From: Obrimoposthia wandeli
Lineage: Eukaryota
Direction of reading: 5' to 3'
Length of the DNA stretch: 64,000 nt
Assembly (NCBI GenBank): GCA_977020255.1
Contig: CDROCS010000506.1
Span: 1,674,001 to 1,738,000 of the forward strand
Shown here: in pieces, positions 1-9,673 of the stretch
How positions within the stretch are numbered: position 1 is the first letter of the stretch
Layout of the letters: the number at the start of each line of letters is the position of its first letter
Made by a program: the position numbers and the translations under genes
Notes under the pieces: model-generated
What the model saw: the letters and a program-made list of their open reading frames with translations, nothing else
What the model was told of the DNA's origin: nothing
The model's database searches: none

Positions 1-801
1 TTTATTCGGTGCATATTTCGCTAATACCATACCAGAAACATTCACGTGCGCGCCGTGGTTTTCTTGGTTAGGGAAGTTAATGTTAACCGCTTCAGCCCAA
101 GCAACTTGCTTTGGATCACTCAGCATTTTGCCTAAGTAGTAGCTGTTACCAAGTGCAATGCTACAAACGCCTTCTTTAATTGCTTTAACTTGCGCACGAT
201 CGTTACCTTGTGGTTTACGTGCTAAGTTAGCTTTAAGACCTTCTAACCATACTTTAGCTTCTGCTTCACCGTGATGCGAAATCATTGATGAAATAAGTGC
301 TACATTGTATGGATGTTTACCTGAACGAGTACAGATTTGACCTTTATATTTAGGGTCTGCAAGTTCTTCATAAGTGATGTTAGCAACGTCGCCATATACT
401 TCACGTGATGTGTAAATATTACGAACACGTGATGTAAGTGCAAACCATTCGCCATCAGGGTCACGGTATTGCGCTGGAATGTTATCTTCTAATACGTCGC
501 TTGATACAGGCTGTGTAACACCGAAATCAACAGCTTCAACTAAGCGGCTAATGTCTGTTGTTAGTAATAGATCGGCTTTTGATAAGCGACCTTCACGTTT
601 CATTCTATCTGCAAGTCCTTTCTTAGCAAATACAATATTGACCTTTACACCAGTATCTTTAGTGTATTGTTCAAGGATCGGATTAAGCAAATTCGCTTGG
701 CGATTTGAATAAATATTAACTTCTTCACTAGCAAAAGCCGTTGCGCTCATTAGTGACGTTGTTAGTGCCAAAGCAGATAAACCAAATATTCCCTTTTTCA
801 T
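1..801 (-). CDS. fbpA: Fe(III) ABC transporter periplasmic binding protein (FbpA/FutA/AfuA family), 3' end runs off the window
   Basis: Hand translation from ATG at 801 (RBS GAGGTAAGG): MKKGIFGLSALALTTSLMSATAFASEEVNIYSNRQ...ICTRSGKHPYN...PQGNDRAQVKAI...GNSYYLGKM. Signal peptide plus typical FbpA motifs including the tandem YY iron ligands. Not in the ORF track because it is truncated. Confidence 0.9.
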   Translation of the reverse strand, partial: MKKGIFGLSALALTTSLMSATAFASEEVNIYSNRQANLLNPILEQYTKDTGVKVNIVFAKKGLADRMKREGRLSKADLLLTTDISRLVEAVDFGVTQPVSSDVLEDNIPAQYRDPDGEWFALTSRVRNIYTSREVYGDVANITYEELADPKYKGQICTRSGKHPYNVALISSMISHHGEAEAKVWLEGLKANLARKPQGNDRAQVKAIKEGVCSIALGNSYYLGKMLSDPKQVAWAEAVNINFPNQENHGAHVNVSGMVLAKYAPNK

Positions 802-871
802 CCTTACCTCTAAATACGAATTGTTTACATTATGGAATGGAGTCTATAAGAATCTCTCAATGAGCACAAGT

Positions 872-890
872 GTGAATGATAATAATTATC
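872..890. promoter_or_regulatory. Fur box upstream of fbpA
   Basis: GTGAATGATAATAATTATC matches the Fur consensus GATAATGATAATCATTATC at 16/19, 70 bp upstream of an iron-uptake gene. Confidence 0.8.
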
Positions 891-914
891 AAAAAGATTA
901 ACCCAGATCATTAA

Positions 915-951
915 GCCAGTTGGTTTTTATATTGAAGTAAAACCAACTGGC
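915..951 (-). terminator. Hairpin, likely terminator of the RND operon
   Basis: GCCAGTTGGTTTT...AAAACCAACTGGC, 13-bp inverted repeat just past the RND stop codon. Confidence 0.6.
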
Positions 952-974
952 CAAGATGACAATCATAACCTGAC

Positions 975-3900
975 TTACAATTCTCGATTATGACGCACTT
1001 TCCACTCTAAAACGTATGCATATAATGCTGGAATAATAATTAACGTAACCAACATCGAAATGATGCAGCCCCATCCGACAACTAACGCCATTGGTGACAT
1101 ATAATTATCATAACCACCCAAGCCATACGCTAAAGGTACTAAACCCACCACAGTAGTGATAGTCGTTAATAAGATAGGTCGAACACGACTCTTGGTTCCT
1201 GTGATGACGAAATCCATGACGTTATCGCGATCTAAAGTGCTAATGGTTGAACGAAAATGCCAAATCAACACTAAGCTGTTATTCACCATAATACCAATTA
1301 AGGCAATCATACCGATAATAGAGAAAAAGCTAAGTACCTGACTATGTAAGAATAAAATAAACAGCGCGCCAGCAATACCAAATGGCACGACAGTCAGAAC
1401 GATTAATGTTTCAATTATGCGGTCAAACAATAATAATAACAGAATGCTGATACCTACAAATGCCATCAATATCGCAATAGTAAAACCTTGCTGCGCTTCA
1501 GCAGTTTCTAATATTTGTCCTGCTGCGACTAATCTAGCCCCCTCATAATCTTGTCCAAAATAATCTTGAGCTGAATCAGCTTGCCCAGAAAACGAGGTCA
1601 TCACACCATCAAATACCGTAATTGGATCTGTCAGAGTTGGGTCTATACCAGAAGACACACGGATCACCCGCTCACCATTATAGTGGCTGATCTGCGATGC
1701 CGACGTTGTATCAACCCAACGAATCAACTTGCTCAGAGGCACTAAACTACCGTCCTTTGCACGAACATTCAGGTTATTCAACTCTGCGAGCGTTTTATCA
1801 TTTTCTTCTAAGCTAATGCGGAAAAACACTTCTTCTTCACCATTGAAAATACGTGATATACGCTCACCTTCGACTGCGTATTTAATTAAATCACCGACTT
1901 GTTGCGCACTAATACCGTAATAATTAAGCCATTGATATTGTAACTGTGCTTCCACACGAGGTTGGCTATCTTGCAAGTCACGGCTAACACGGCTAGTGCC
2001 TTCGAGCGATTCTAAAAATGAAACAAGGTCATTGGCTAATTTGTCCCGACCTAGATCGGTACCACCCACCACTTTAATATCAACAGGGCGACCAACAGGC
2101 GGGCCGCCGCCATCAACATCAAATTCAACTTGCGCAAACCCTGCTATTTGTTCTGCAACCTCTTCCCATTCAGTAACAATATCTTCAGCACTGCGTTCTC
2201 GACTATTTACAGGCGTTAATGAAATAACCCAATAACTACTTGGCGTACCGACTTCGCCATACCAAGTACTCACCTCGTTAGTATTTTCAAATAATGCCTC
2301 TAGTTTTTGCGTGCGTTGCCACACTTCATCCAATGATAATTCTGGGTCAGTTTCGACACCGACTTCAATTAAGTATGCGCCGTCAGTCGGAAAGAATAAA
2401 AAGCTCAATTGTTTATACGAAAAAGTACCTAGGCCAATACAAAGTACAACTGAAATACTAATCACCCATTTACGCTTATTGAGCATCCAGCTAATCGCAT
2501 TATTAATGATCTTAAATTGATTTTCATTTGTTGGCTTTATGCGTTTACTTTTCTGTAGTACACCTTGTAAATGCGCAGGAATAAAAAATAACGCATCAAT
2601 AAACGAAAAGCACAATGCGACGATCACCGTTAATGGGATCACATACATCATTTGACCGCTATTGCCCGGCAGGAATAACAACGGAATAAAGGCAATCATG
2701 GTACTTAAGATACTGGCACTAATCGCGGGGAATACCGCTTTAACACCGTTACTGACGGCTTTATTAATAGGCTGACCTTCTTCAACCAGACTAATGATTT
2801 TGTCACTGACCACCACTGCATCATCAACAATAATACCAATAATCAAAATAAGCGCTGATAAGGTATAAGCATCCAGAATTTGTCCCAATGCGGGTAATAA
2901 CGCTAACGTGCCCAATAGACAAACAGGGATTGAAACCGCCACCCAAAAAGCAATACGCTTATCTAAGAATAACGCTAATACCACCAGCACCAGAATTAAA
3001 CCAACCAAACCATTGTTGCGGACAATGTCTGATTTGGCTTTAATCTCATTAGCTAAATCAAAACCAACATCCAATTTATATTCATCACCAAACTGTAATT
3101 CCAGTGAAGATAATAGCGATCTAACTTGTGCCGACGTCGCGATAACATCCGCACTTTCGTCCGTGCGTAAATCAAATAAAATACTTTTTTGACCATTGAG
3201 AGAACCAAAGGCCTCGGCTTTTTGGAAGGTGTTACTTATATCTCCAGCCACATCTTTTAATTGGATATTGGGCATGAAACCAATAAACATATCGCCCAAT
3301 TTATCAATGTCATCGAGTTCTGCAACCGTGATTAGCTCTGGATTATTTTGCAATAACTCTAAACGCCCACCACTAATAAGCACATTACGCTCGGCAATTA
3401 ACTGAGAGATCTCACCAATTGTTAACCCATAACGCTTTAGTTGTGCAGGCTCCAAGGCGATTAAAAATTCAGGATCACGTAAATCAATCGGATGTACCTG
3501 ACCGATACCTTCCACACGGCGTAATGCCAACTCTAAGGTTTTAGCTCGCTCTCTTAATTCGCTATAAGGTAATTCACTGCTCACACCAACAACCATGAAA
3601 TCCAAACTATAAGATTTTTTAATGGCCAAGGTCGGCGCATCGGTCACACCGGTTGGCAGATCCGATACTCTAGAAATAGCATCACGAATGTCTTGATAAA
3701 CAATATTAGGATCTGACACATCACTGTTCAATGCAAAATCAATCGAAGATACGCCGACTTCAGACGTCGAGTTAAATTCTTTGATACCAGAAATAGATAA
3801 CAATTCTTTCTCTAGTTTACTGGTGACATTGCTTTCAATATCCGAGGCTGACGCACCAGGGTAAACGGTAGTGATCGTGCCATCGCCCATATCAAAACGG

Positions 3901-4016
3901 GGTTTTTCCGCTAACGGTAATTGCGTCAGTGAAAATAAACCCAACACAATTAATACCAAGGTCAGTATTTTTGCCGCGAGCCTGCGCTGACTTAATAAGG
4001 TTAATAAAAACTGCAT
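975..4016 (-). CDS. RND efflux permease, AcrB/AcrD/AcrF family
   Basis: 1013 aa with two large periplasmic loops; TM4 GIIVDDAVVV, TM10 GIMVNNSLVL, TM11 RVRPILLTT. Confidence 0.92.
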   Translation of the reverse strand: MQFLLTLLSQRRLAAKILTLVLIVLGLFSLTQLPLAEKPRFDMGDGTITTVYPGASASDIESNVTSKLEKELLSISGIKEFNSTSEVGVSSIDFALNSDVSDPNIVYQDIRDAISRVSDLPTGVTDAPTLAIKKSYSLDFMVVGVSSELPYSELRERAKTLELALRRVEGIGQVHPIDLRDPEFLIALEPAQLKRYGLTIGEISQLIAERNVLISGGRLELLQNNPELITVAELDDIDKLGDMFIGFMPNIQLKDVAGDISNTFQKAEAFGSLNGQKSILFDLRTDESADVIATSAQVRSLLSSLELQFGDEYKLDVGFDLANEIKAKSDIVRNNGLVGLILVLVVLALFLDKRIAFWVAVSIPVCLLGTLALLPALGQILDAYTLSALILIIGIIVDDAVVVSDKIISLVEEGQPINKAVSNGVKAVFPAISASILSTMIAFIPLLFLPGNSGQMMYVIPLTVIVALCFSFIDALFFIPAHLQGVLQKSKRIKPTNENQFKIINNAISWMLNKRKWVISISVVLCIGLGTFSYKQLSFLFFPTDGAYLIEVGVETDPELSLDEVWQRTQKLEALFENTNEVSTWYGEVGTPSSYWVISLTPVNSRERSAEDIVTEWEEVAEQIAGFAQVEFDVDGGGPPVGRPVDIKVVGGTDLGRDKLANDLVSFLESLEGTSRVSRDLQDSQPRVEAQLQYQWLNYYGISAQQVGDLIKYAVEGERISRIFNGEEEVFFRISLEENDKTLAELNNLNVRAKDGSLVPLSKLIRWVDTTSASQISHYNGERVIRVSSGIDPTLTDPITVFDGVMTSFSGQADSAQDYFGQDYEGARLVAAGQILETAEAQQGFTIAILMAFVGISILLLLLFDRIIETLIVLTVVPFGIAGALFILFLHSQVLSFFSIIGMIALIGIMVNNSLVLIWHFRSTISTLDRDNVMDFVITGTKSRVRPILLTTITTVVGLVPLAYGLGGYDNYMSPMALVVGWGCIISMLVTLIIIPALYAYVLEWKVRHNREL

Positions 4017-4018
4017 GA

Positions 4019-4855
4019 TTATGCTCCCTGCTCGGCTAATTCAACACGCGCTTGCATACCCGGTTTTAGATCTTGCAGATTATTTTCAATTAACACTTCA
4101 ACTAAAAAACCCGGTTCATTAGTTTGAAAAGCGGGCGCGAGAATAACCACTTTCCCCGTTAAAATTTGATGCTTTAAAGCAGGAATAGTGACACGAACGC
4201 TATCACCAACATTCATGGTAATAATATCTGATTCAAGTAAGTAAAAACGTACTTTAATCTGGCTCATATCAACTAAAGTATAAAGAGGTTCGCCCGTTGC
4301 GATGAACTGACCAAGTTCCACATTACGCGTCAGAATAACACCAGAAAAAGGCGCTTTAACGGCTGATTTTTCTTGCTGGCGTTGCGCCATGGCCAGTTTG
4401 ATTTTATCCACTTCAACTTGCGATTTATTGCTATTGGTTATGCGGCGTTGCTCATCAAATTCACTCGCTGAGATACCATTCTTTTTATATAGCGCTTGAT
4501 AACGTTCTAATTGCTTTTGTTGTATTTGTAATTCACTGGCACTTACAGCCAACTCAGCTTTCGCTAGCTGCACATTCAATAAATTATCTGCAATTGATAA
4601 TTTAACTAACGAATCACCGGCATTAACAGGGTCGCCAATATCTTTGCTAAATTCATCAACGACACCGGTGATCTCGTTACTAATGACGACACTCCGCACA
4701 GCAACAAGTTGCCCTGTCACATAATTGTTCGTCAATTTAGTACCAAATAAAGCAGATGGTGTAGCAGGTTGAATCGCTGTTTCAGCAAAAGAATTCGTGA
4801 CAGTCAAAGATAACAGCAAGTAAGTAAGGTATTTACATAATTTATAAGTGGTCAT
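4019..4855 (-). CDS. RND periplasmic adaptor (membrane fusion protein)
   Basis: Lipoyl-like motifs (ISNEITGVV..., VKAPFSGVI..GQFI..GEPLYTL), helical hairpin, C-terminal LKPGMQARV; adjacent to the RND gene. Start uncertain: ATG 4855 versus the track start at 4921. Confidence 0.88.
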   Translation of the reverse strand: MTTYKLCKYLTYLLLSLTVTNSFAETAIQPATPSALFGTKLTNNYVTGQLVAVRSVVISNEITGVVDEFSKDIGDPVNAGDSLVKLSIADNLLNVQLAKAELAVSASELQIQQKQLERYQALYKKNGISASEFDEQRRITNSNKSQVEVDKIKLAMAQRQQEKSAVKAPFSGVILTRNVELGQFIATGEPLYTLVDMSQIKVRFYLLESDIITMNVGDSVRVTIPALKHQILTGKVVILAPAFQTNEPGFLVEVLIENNLQDLKPGMQARVELAEQGA

Positions 4856-5000
4856 TGCAGCGTTGAACTTCCATATTGATAAAGGGTTTAGCAAACTCAA
4901 CGCGCTAGCGCTCTTGTCCACTCATTATCAGTAGGATACAAAAGTCGATATGAATAAAAGATGAATGAATAGGAATAATTCTTACTTACGATAAATACAT

Positions 5001-5032
5001 AAAAAAATAGCCGCAAAATTGCAGCTATTTTT
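5001..5032 (-). terminator. Intrinsic terminator after parE
   Basis: AAAAAAATAGCCGCAAAATTGCAGCTATTTTT, hairpin with A/T tracts. Confidence 0.65.
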
Positions 5033-5063
5033 AAATGGGATATCAACATGACTGAAAATCACG

Positions 5064-6947
5064 TTATCTAGGCATATCGCCTTTATCTTCTAACCAAGTA
5101 CGACGATCTGCAGAACGTTTTTTCGCTAACAGCATATCCATCATGGCTAAGGTTTCATCGGCGTCATCAACCGTTAATCGCACGAGGCGACGAGTATTCG
5201 GATCCATCGTCGTTTCACGCAATTGCAGCGGGTTCATTTCACCCAATCCTTTAAAGCGCTGTACGTTAACTTTACCGCGTTTTTTCTCGGCTTCAATGCG
5301 ATCAAGAATACCGTTTTTCTCGGATTCATCTAATGCATAAAATACTTCTTTACCGATATCAATTCGGTATAACGGCGGCATAGCAACAAATGCATGACCC
5401 GCATCAACCATTGCTCTGAAGTGCTTATAAAATAAAGCGCACAACAGGGTCGCAATATGCAGACCATCGGAATCGGCATCCGCTAAGATACAAATCTTGC
5501 CATAGCGTAATCCAGAAATATCATCCGAGTCAGGGTCAATACCCAGCGCCACAGAAATATCATGTACCTCTTGTGATGCCAATACTTGCGAAGAATCCAC
5601 TTCCCAGGTATTTAAGATCTTACCACGCAGTGGCATTACCGCCTGAAACTCACGATCACGGGCTTGTTTTGCAGAGCCACCAGCAGAGTCACCTTCCACT
5701 AAAAACAGTTCAGAGCGCATTGGATCTTGGCCAGAACAATCGGTTAGCTTACCCGGTAATGCAGGACCACTGGTCACACGTTTACGCGCTACTTTCTTGC
5801 TGGCTTTTAAGCGTTTCTGGGCATTATTAATACACAAATCAGCCAGTAATTCAGCCAAATCGGTATGCGAGTTTAACCATAATGAAAACGAATCTTTAAC
5901 CACACCAGACACAAAGGCCGCGCATTGACGTGATGACAAACGTTCTTTAGTTTGTCCGGCAAATTGTGGGTCTTGCATCTTCACCGATAAGATATAAGAA
6001 CAACGTTCCCAAATATCATCCGGGGTTAACTTCACGCCACGGGGTAATAAATTACGGAATTCACAAAACTCACGCATGGCATCCAGCAAACCTTGGCGTA
6101 AGCCATTTACATGGGTACCGCCAAGCGCAGTTGGGATCAAGTTAACATAACTTTCTGTTACTGATTCGCCACCCTCAGGTAACCAGATAACCGCCCAGTC
6201 TGCCGCTTCATTATTCGCCGAGAAACTGCCAACAAAAGGTACTTCAGGTAATGTTGGCCACTTATCTAGCGACTCCATTAAGTAATCTTCTAGACCTTTT
6301 TCAAAGCACCAAACATGTTTTTCTTTATTAACTTTATCGTCAAACTTAATATTTAAACCAGGGCACAATACCGCTTTAGCGCGTAAATTATGCATCAAAC
6401 GTTTAGACGAGAAATTACCCGAGTCAAAATAACTCGCATCCGGCCAGAAATGTACCTTCGTACCCGTAGTACGAATACCAATAGTACCAATCACTTCTAA
6501 CTCAGAAACCTTTTCACCGTGTTCAAAAGCGATTTGATAGATTTGACCACCCCGTCGAATGGTAATTTCAACGCGTTTAGATAAGGCATTTACAACTGAA
6601 ATACCAACACCGTGGAGACCACCGGAAAATTGATAGCTGTCGTTCGAGAATTTACCACCCGCATGTAACTTAGATAAAATCAGCTCAACACCACTCACAC
6701 CTTCTACAGGGTGGATATCAACCGGCATACCACGACCATCATCGCTCACTTCTAACGATTGGTCAGCATGCAAGGTAACGGTAATGTTCTGAGCATGACC
6801 AGCTAACGCTTCATCGACACTGTTATCGATAACTTCTTGGCCAAGGTGGTTAGGACGTACTGTATCGGTATACATACCGGGTCTGCGGCGTACTGGTTCG
6901 AGACCATTTAGGACTTCAATCGAGCCCGCGTTATATTCTTGAGTCAT
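5064..6947 (-). CDS. parE: DNA topoisomerase IV subunit B
   Basis: 627 aa; EVLNGLEPVRRRPGMY, GGLHGVGISVVNALS, VEGDSAGG, ADADSDG, RFKGLGEM. Confidence 0.98.
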   Translation of the reverse strand: MTQEYNAGSIEVLNGLEPVRRRPGMYTDTVRPNHLGQEVIDNSVDEALAGHAQNITVTLHADQSLEVSDDGRGMPVDIHPVEGVSGVELILSKLHAGGKFSNDSYQFSGGLHGVGISVVNALSKRVEITIRRGGQIYQIAFEHGEKVSELEVIGTIGIRTTGTKVHFWPDASYFDSGNFSSKRLMHNLRAKAVLCPGLNIKFDDKVNKEKHVWCFEKGLEDYLMESLDKWPTLPEVPFVGSFSANNEAADWAVIWLPEGGESVTESYVNLIPTALGGTHVNGLRQGLLDAMREFCEFRNLLPRGVKLTPDDIWERCSYILSVKMQDPQFAGQTKERLSSRQCAAFVSGVVKDSFSLWLNSHTDLAELLADLCINNAQKRLKASKKVARKRVTSGPALPGKLTDCSGQDPMRSELFLVEGDSAGGSAKQARDREFQAVMPLRGKILNTWEVDSSQVLASQEVHDISVALGIDPDSDDISGLRYGKICILADADSDGLHIATLLCALFYKHFRAMVDAGHAFVAMPPLYRIDIGKEVFYALDESEKNGILDRIEAEKKRGKVNVQRFKGLGEMNPLQLRETTMDPNTRRLVRLTVDDADETLAMMDMLLAKKRSADRRTWLEDKGDMPR

Positions 6948-6974
6948 GAGTTTCTTTTATGCTGTTCGTTACAT

Positions 6975-7556
6975 CTACTTGAATGCAAGAAAGGTTAAAA
7001 TATCGCTAAGATAACGTTCAAATCCGATAAAGGCATGATCACCGCCCTGCTCTATCGTTAATTTTGCCGCATTATATTTTGCTGTTGCTTGTTTATAGTC
7101 TAACACTTCATCGTCGGTCTGTAACAGTGCCCAGATCGTTTCAGGCTTAACTAATACCGGGCAATCCAGTGCGCGCAGTTCATCAATGTGCTCTTCGCCA
7201 AGGATAAATGTGTTTTGAGTATACGGATTTGTGTTTTCACCTAAAAAATCCACCAGCAATTCATACGGCTTCACCGCAGGGTTGATAATAACTGCCGGAC
7301 AGTGAAATGTTTGGTTCACTTTCGTCGCATAATAACCACCCAATGAACTGCCCACTACACCTAACTGATGCCCAGGATAACGCGCAACGATAGCTTGGAT
7401 CTGTAACCACGCCTGCTGTGGATAAACGGATAAATCCGGTATCTCAATCTTAATATCAGGATAATGTAATGCGAGGAAATCCGCCATTTGTTGGGCTTTG
7501 AACGAATTTGGCGAGCTATTAAAGCCGTGTAAATAGAGCAGTAGCATAGGAGCCAT
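6975..7556 (-). CDS. yqiA: Esterase YqiA (UPF0227)
   Basis: LYLHGFNSSP, GSSLGGYYA nucleophile elbow, GGDH; conserved position upstream of parE. Confidence 0.93.
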   Translation of the reverse strand: MAPMLLLYLHGFNSSPNSFKAQQMADFLALHYPDIKIEIPDLSVYPQQAWLQIQAIVARYPGHQLGVVGSSLGGYYATKVNQTFHCPAVIINPAVKPYELLVDFLGENTNPYTQNTFILGEEHIDELRALDCPVLVKPETIWALLQTDDEVLDYKQATAKYNAAKLTIEQGGDHAFIGFERYLSDILTFLAFK

Positions 7557-7708
7557 TTGTTAACCTCTAATATAATAGATAAAGCGAAATGAATACGGGA
7601 TTGGACGTGATGTACGAGCGCATCAATAAATAAAGCAATAAATCAGGACCAGATAGTCCTGAATATCAGACATTTTACAGCCAAGGTTAATCACCTTCAG
7701 AATCGAGG

Positions 7709-8533
7709 TTAATAACCTTTAGAGTCAAGATCAGGGTTAAAATCATTACTCGACAAACGCCAAACCTGACTGTTGATCGAGCCATCACTGTGTAATTGTA
7801 AATAACGCCAGCCCGGTGCGCGGGAGTCTAGCGTGAATTCATCACAATGTGGTTTGAATTGGAAACAAGTTGAAGGCGATGCCATAAAATGGATACCGTC
7901 ATAAGTCTTGTCAATTTGCTGATGAACGTGACCAAATAACACATGTTTAGCTTGTGGGTGTTTCGCCAATACCGCTAAAAACTCATCTGCATTACGCAAC
8001 AAATGTTGGTCTAACCATTTACAACCGACCGGATAGGTATTGTGATGTAATACTATCAAGGCGTGTTTATCGGCGTGTGTGCTAAGTTGTTCATCAAGAC
8101 TTGCAAGTTGCTCAGCTGATAAGTAACCCGCTGGAGAACCAGCTAACTGTGAGTCGAGTAAAATTATTTGCCAGTCACCAACCACTTTCGACTTATCAGG
8201 TAATACACCTTCGGCTTTAAGCGCCTCGGCCATTAACGGAATATTATCGTGATTACCAGGTAGCCAGTAGCAGGGTTTATCTAGACGTTTAATATGATGT
8301 GCAAAGTACTGATAAGAAGCAGGGGTATTGTCTTGAGAAATGTCACCCGTGGCAAGTACAGCATCAAACGCTTGTTGATTCTGTAAAATAGCATCGATGA
8401 CATGACGATAACTTAATTGCGTTTTCACCCCGAGCAGATCTTTCTCAGCCGTGGCAAACAAGTGAGTATCTGTCACTTGCAATAAATTAATCACGTCGTG
8501 CTTTACTGTTAACTTAGAAATGTCCGCACCCAC
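7709..8533 (-). CDS. cpdA: 3',5'-cyclic-AMP phosphodiesterase
   Basis: Metallophosphoesterase motifs DTHL, TGDISQD, PGNHD, GHVHQ; synteny. Confidence 0.95.
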   Translation of the reverse strand: MGADISKLTVKHDVINLLQVTDTHLFATAEKDLLGVKTQLSYRHVIDAILQNQQAFDAVLATGDISQDNTPASYQYFAHHIKRLDKPCYWLPGNHDNIPLMAEALKAEGVLPDKSKVVGDWQIILLDSQLAGSPAGYLSAEQLASLDEQLSTHADKHALIVLHHNTYPVGCKWLDQHLLRNADEFLAVLAKHPQAKHVLFGHVHQQIDKTYDGIHFMASPSTCFQFKPHCDEFTLDSRAPGWRYLQLHSDGSINSQVWRLSSNDFNPDLDSKGY

Positions 8534-8757
8534 AATAATCTTTAACCCTTATCCTTATATGTTGTCTAGTCATGACGAATAATAAATAGTGTCTGCCACT
8601 ATAACGTCAATCGACACACTGATTGCAAGATTACTTAGCTATTATCATACCGCAATAAACACGCATAAATCTGTTGACCAGCACACATTTCCATAAATCT
8701 AATCATCATATATTCAAATGACTTAGCGATGGAAACGCCCGACTGACCATTGTAGCG

Positions 8758-9393
8758 CTACAGCCAAGACTTTTGCAATGTTTGAAAATTCAATTGTAAC
8801 CACTGGATACCAATAATAGTCGATGCGTTATTTATTCGCCCAGTTTGCACCATATTATAAGCAGTTTCGCGACTGACCACATGCACGCGTATATCTTCAC
8901 CTTCACTTTCTAGGCCATGAACGCCATGTGCGGTACTACTATCGACCTCGCCCACATACAAATCAAGCGCTTCACTGGTGCCACCTGGACTCGCTAGAAA
9001 CTGCATAATAAAATCACAACGACCGATTTCAACACCCGCCTCTTCCATTGCCTCACGTTTCACGACTTCGGCAGAATCTTCACCTTGCTTATCGATCATA
9101 CCGGCGACTAATTCTAGTAACCAAGGTTGCGAGCTTGATTCTATCGCGGGAATACGGATCTGTTCAATTAACACCACTTCATCACGACCAGCATCATAAG
9201 GAATAACCGCTGCCGCGTTACCGCGCTCAAATACTTCACGGGTAATCTCATTGCTCCAACCACCCGAAAAAAGTCTATGTTTAAAGGTATAAGTATTAAT
9301 TTTAAAGAAACCATTAAAAACCTGTTTTTTGTTTATGATCTCAATATCGGCAATATCATACTCAGATTCTATTTCTAACTTTCGACTTTTCAT
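8758..9393 (-). CDS. nudF: ADP-ribose pyrophosphatase
   Basis: Nudix box GMIDKQGEDSAEVVKREAMEEAG, SPGG; divergent from tolC. Confidence 0.95.
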   Translation of the reverse strand: MKSRKLEIESEYDIADIEIINKKQVFNGFFKINTYTFKHRLFSGGWSNEITREVFERGNAAAVIPYDAGRDEVVLIEQIRIPAIESSSQPWLLELVAGMIDKQGEDSAEVVKREAMEEAGVEIGRCDFIMQFLASPGGTSEALDLYVGEVDSSTAHGVHGLESEGEDIRVHVVSRETAYNMVQTGRINNASTIIGIQWLQLNFQTLQKSWL

Positions 9394-9673
9394 TTACATC
9401 TCCTCAAATATACTGATAATAAAGGGTTACGGTGAATACCATGTGGACAGCTAGGATTGAAGGATAATCCCTAGTAATTGTACTAATTATGTCATATCGC
9501 TATTGATCCAACGTTTAAAACTCGAGCTTTGAGTTAACGCCTAGTATAAGATGAACATCTTCTATTAATCTAACTATCCTTTTTTGGATAATTATTAATT
9601 TGACTAAGCAGTTATCATTACATATGTTATGCGAGCTCATAACGGCAACTATTTATACTTAAGGTAACCACTA

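Noticed and set aside
1156-3405. Several 60-95-aa plus-strand ORFs
   Set aside because: All lie antisense inside the RND gene, as expected for codon-biased opposite strands
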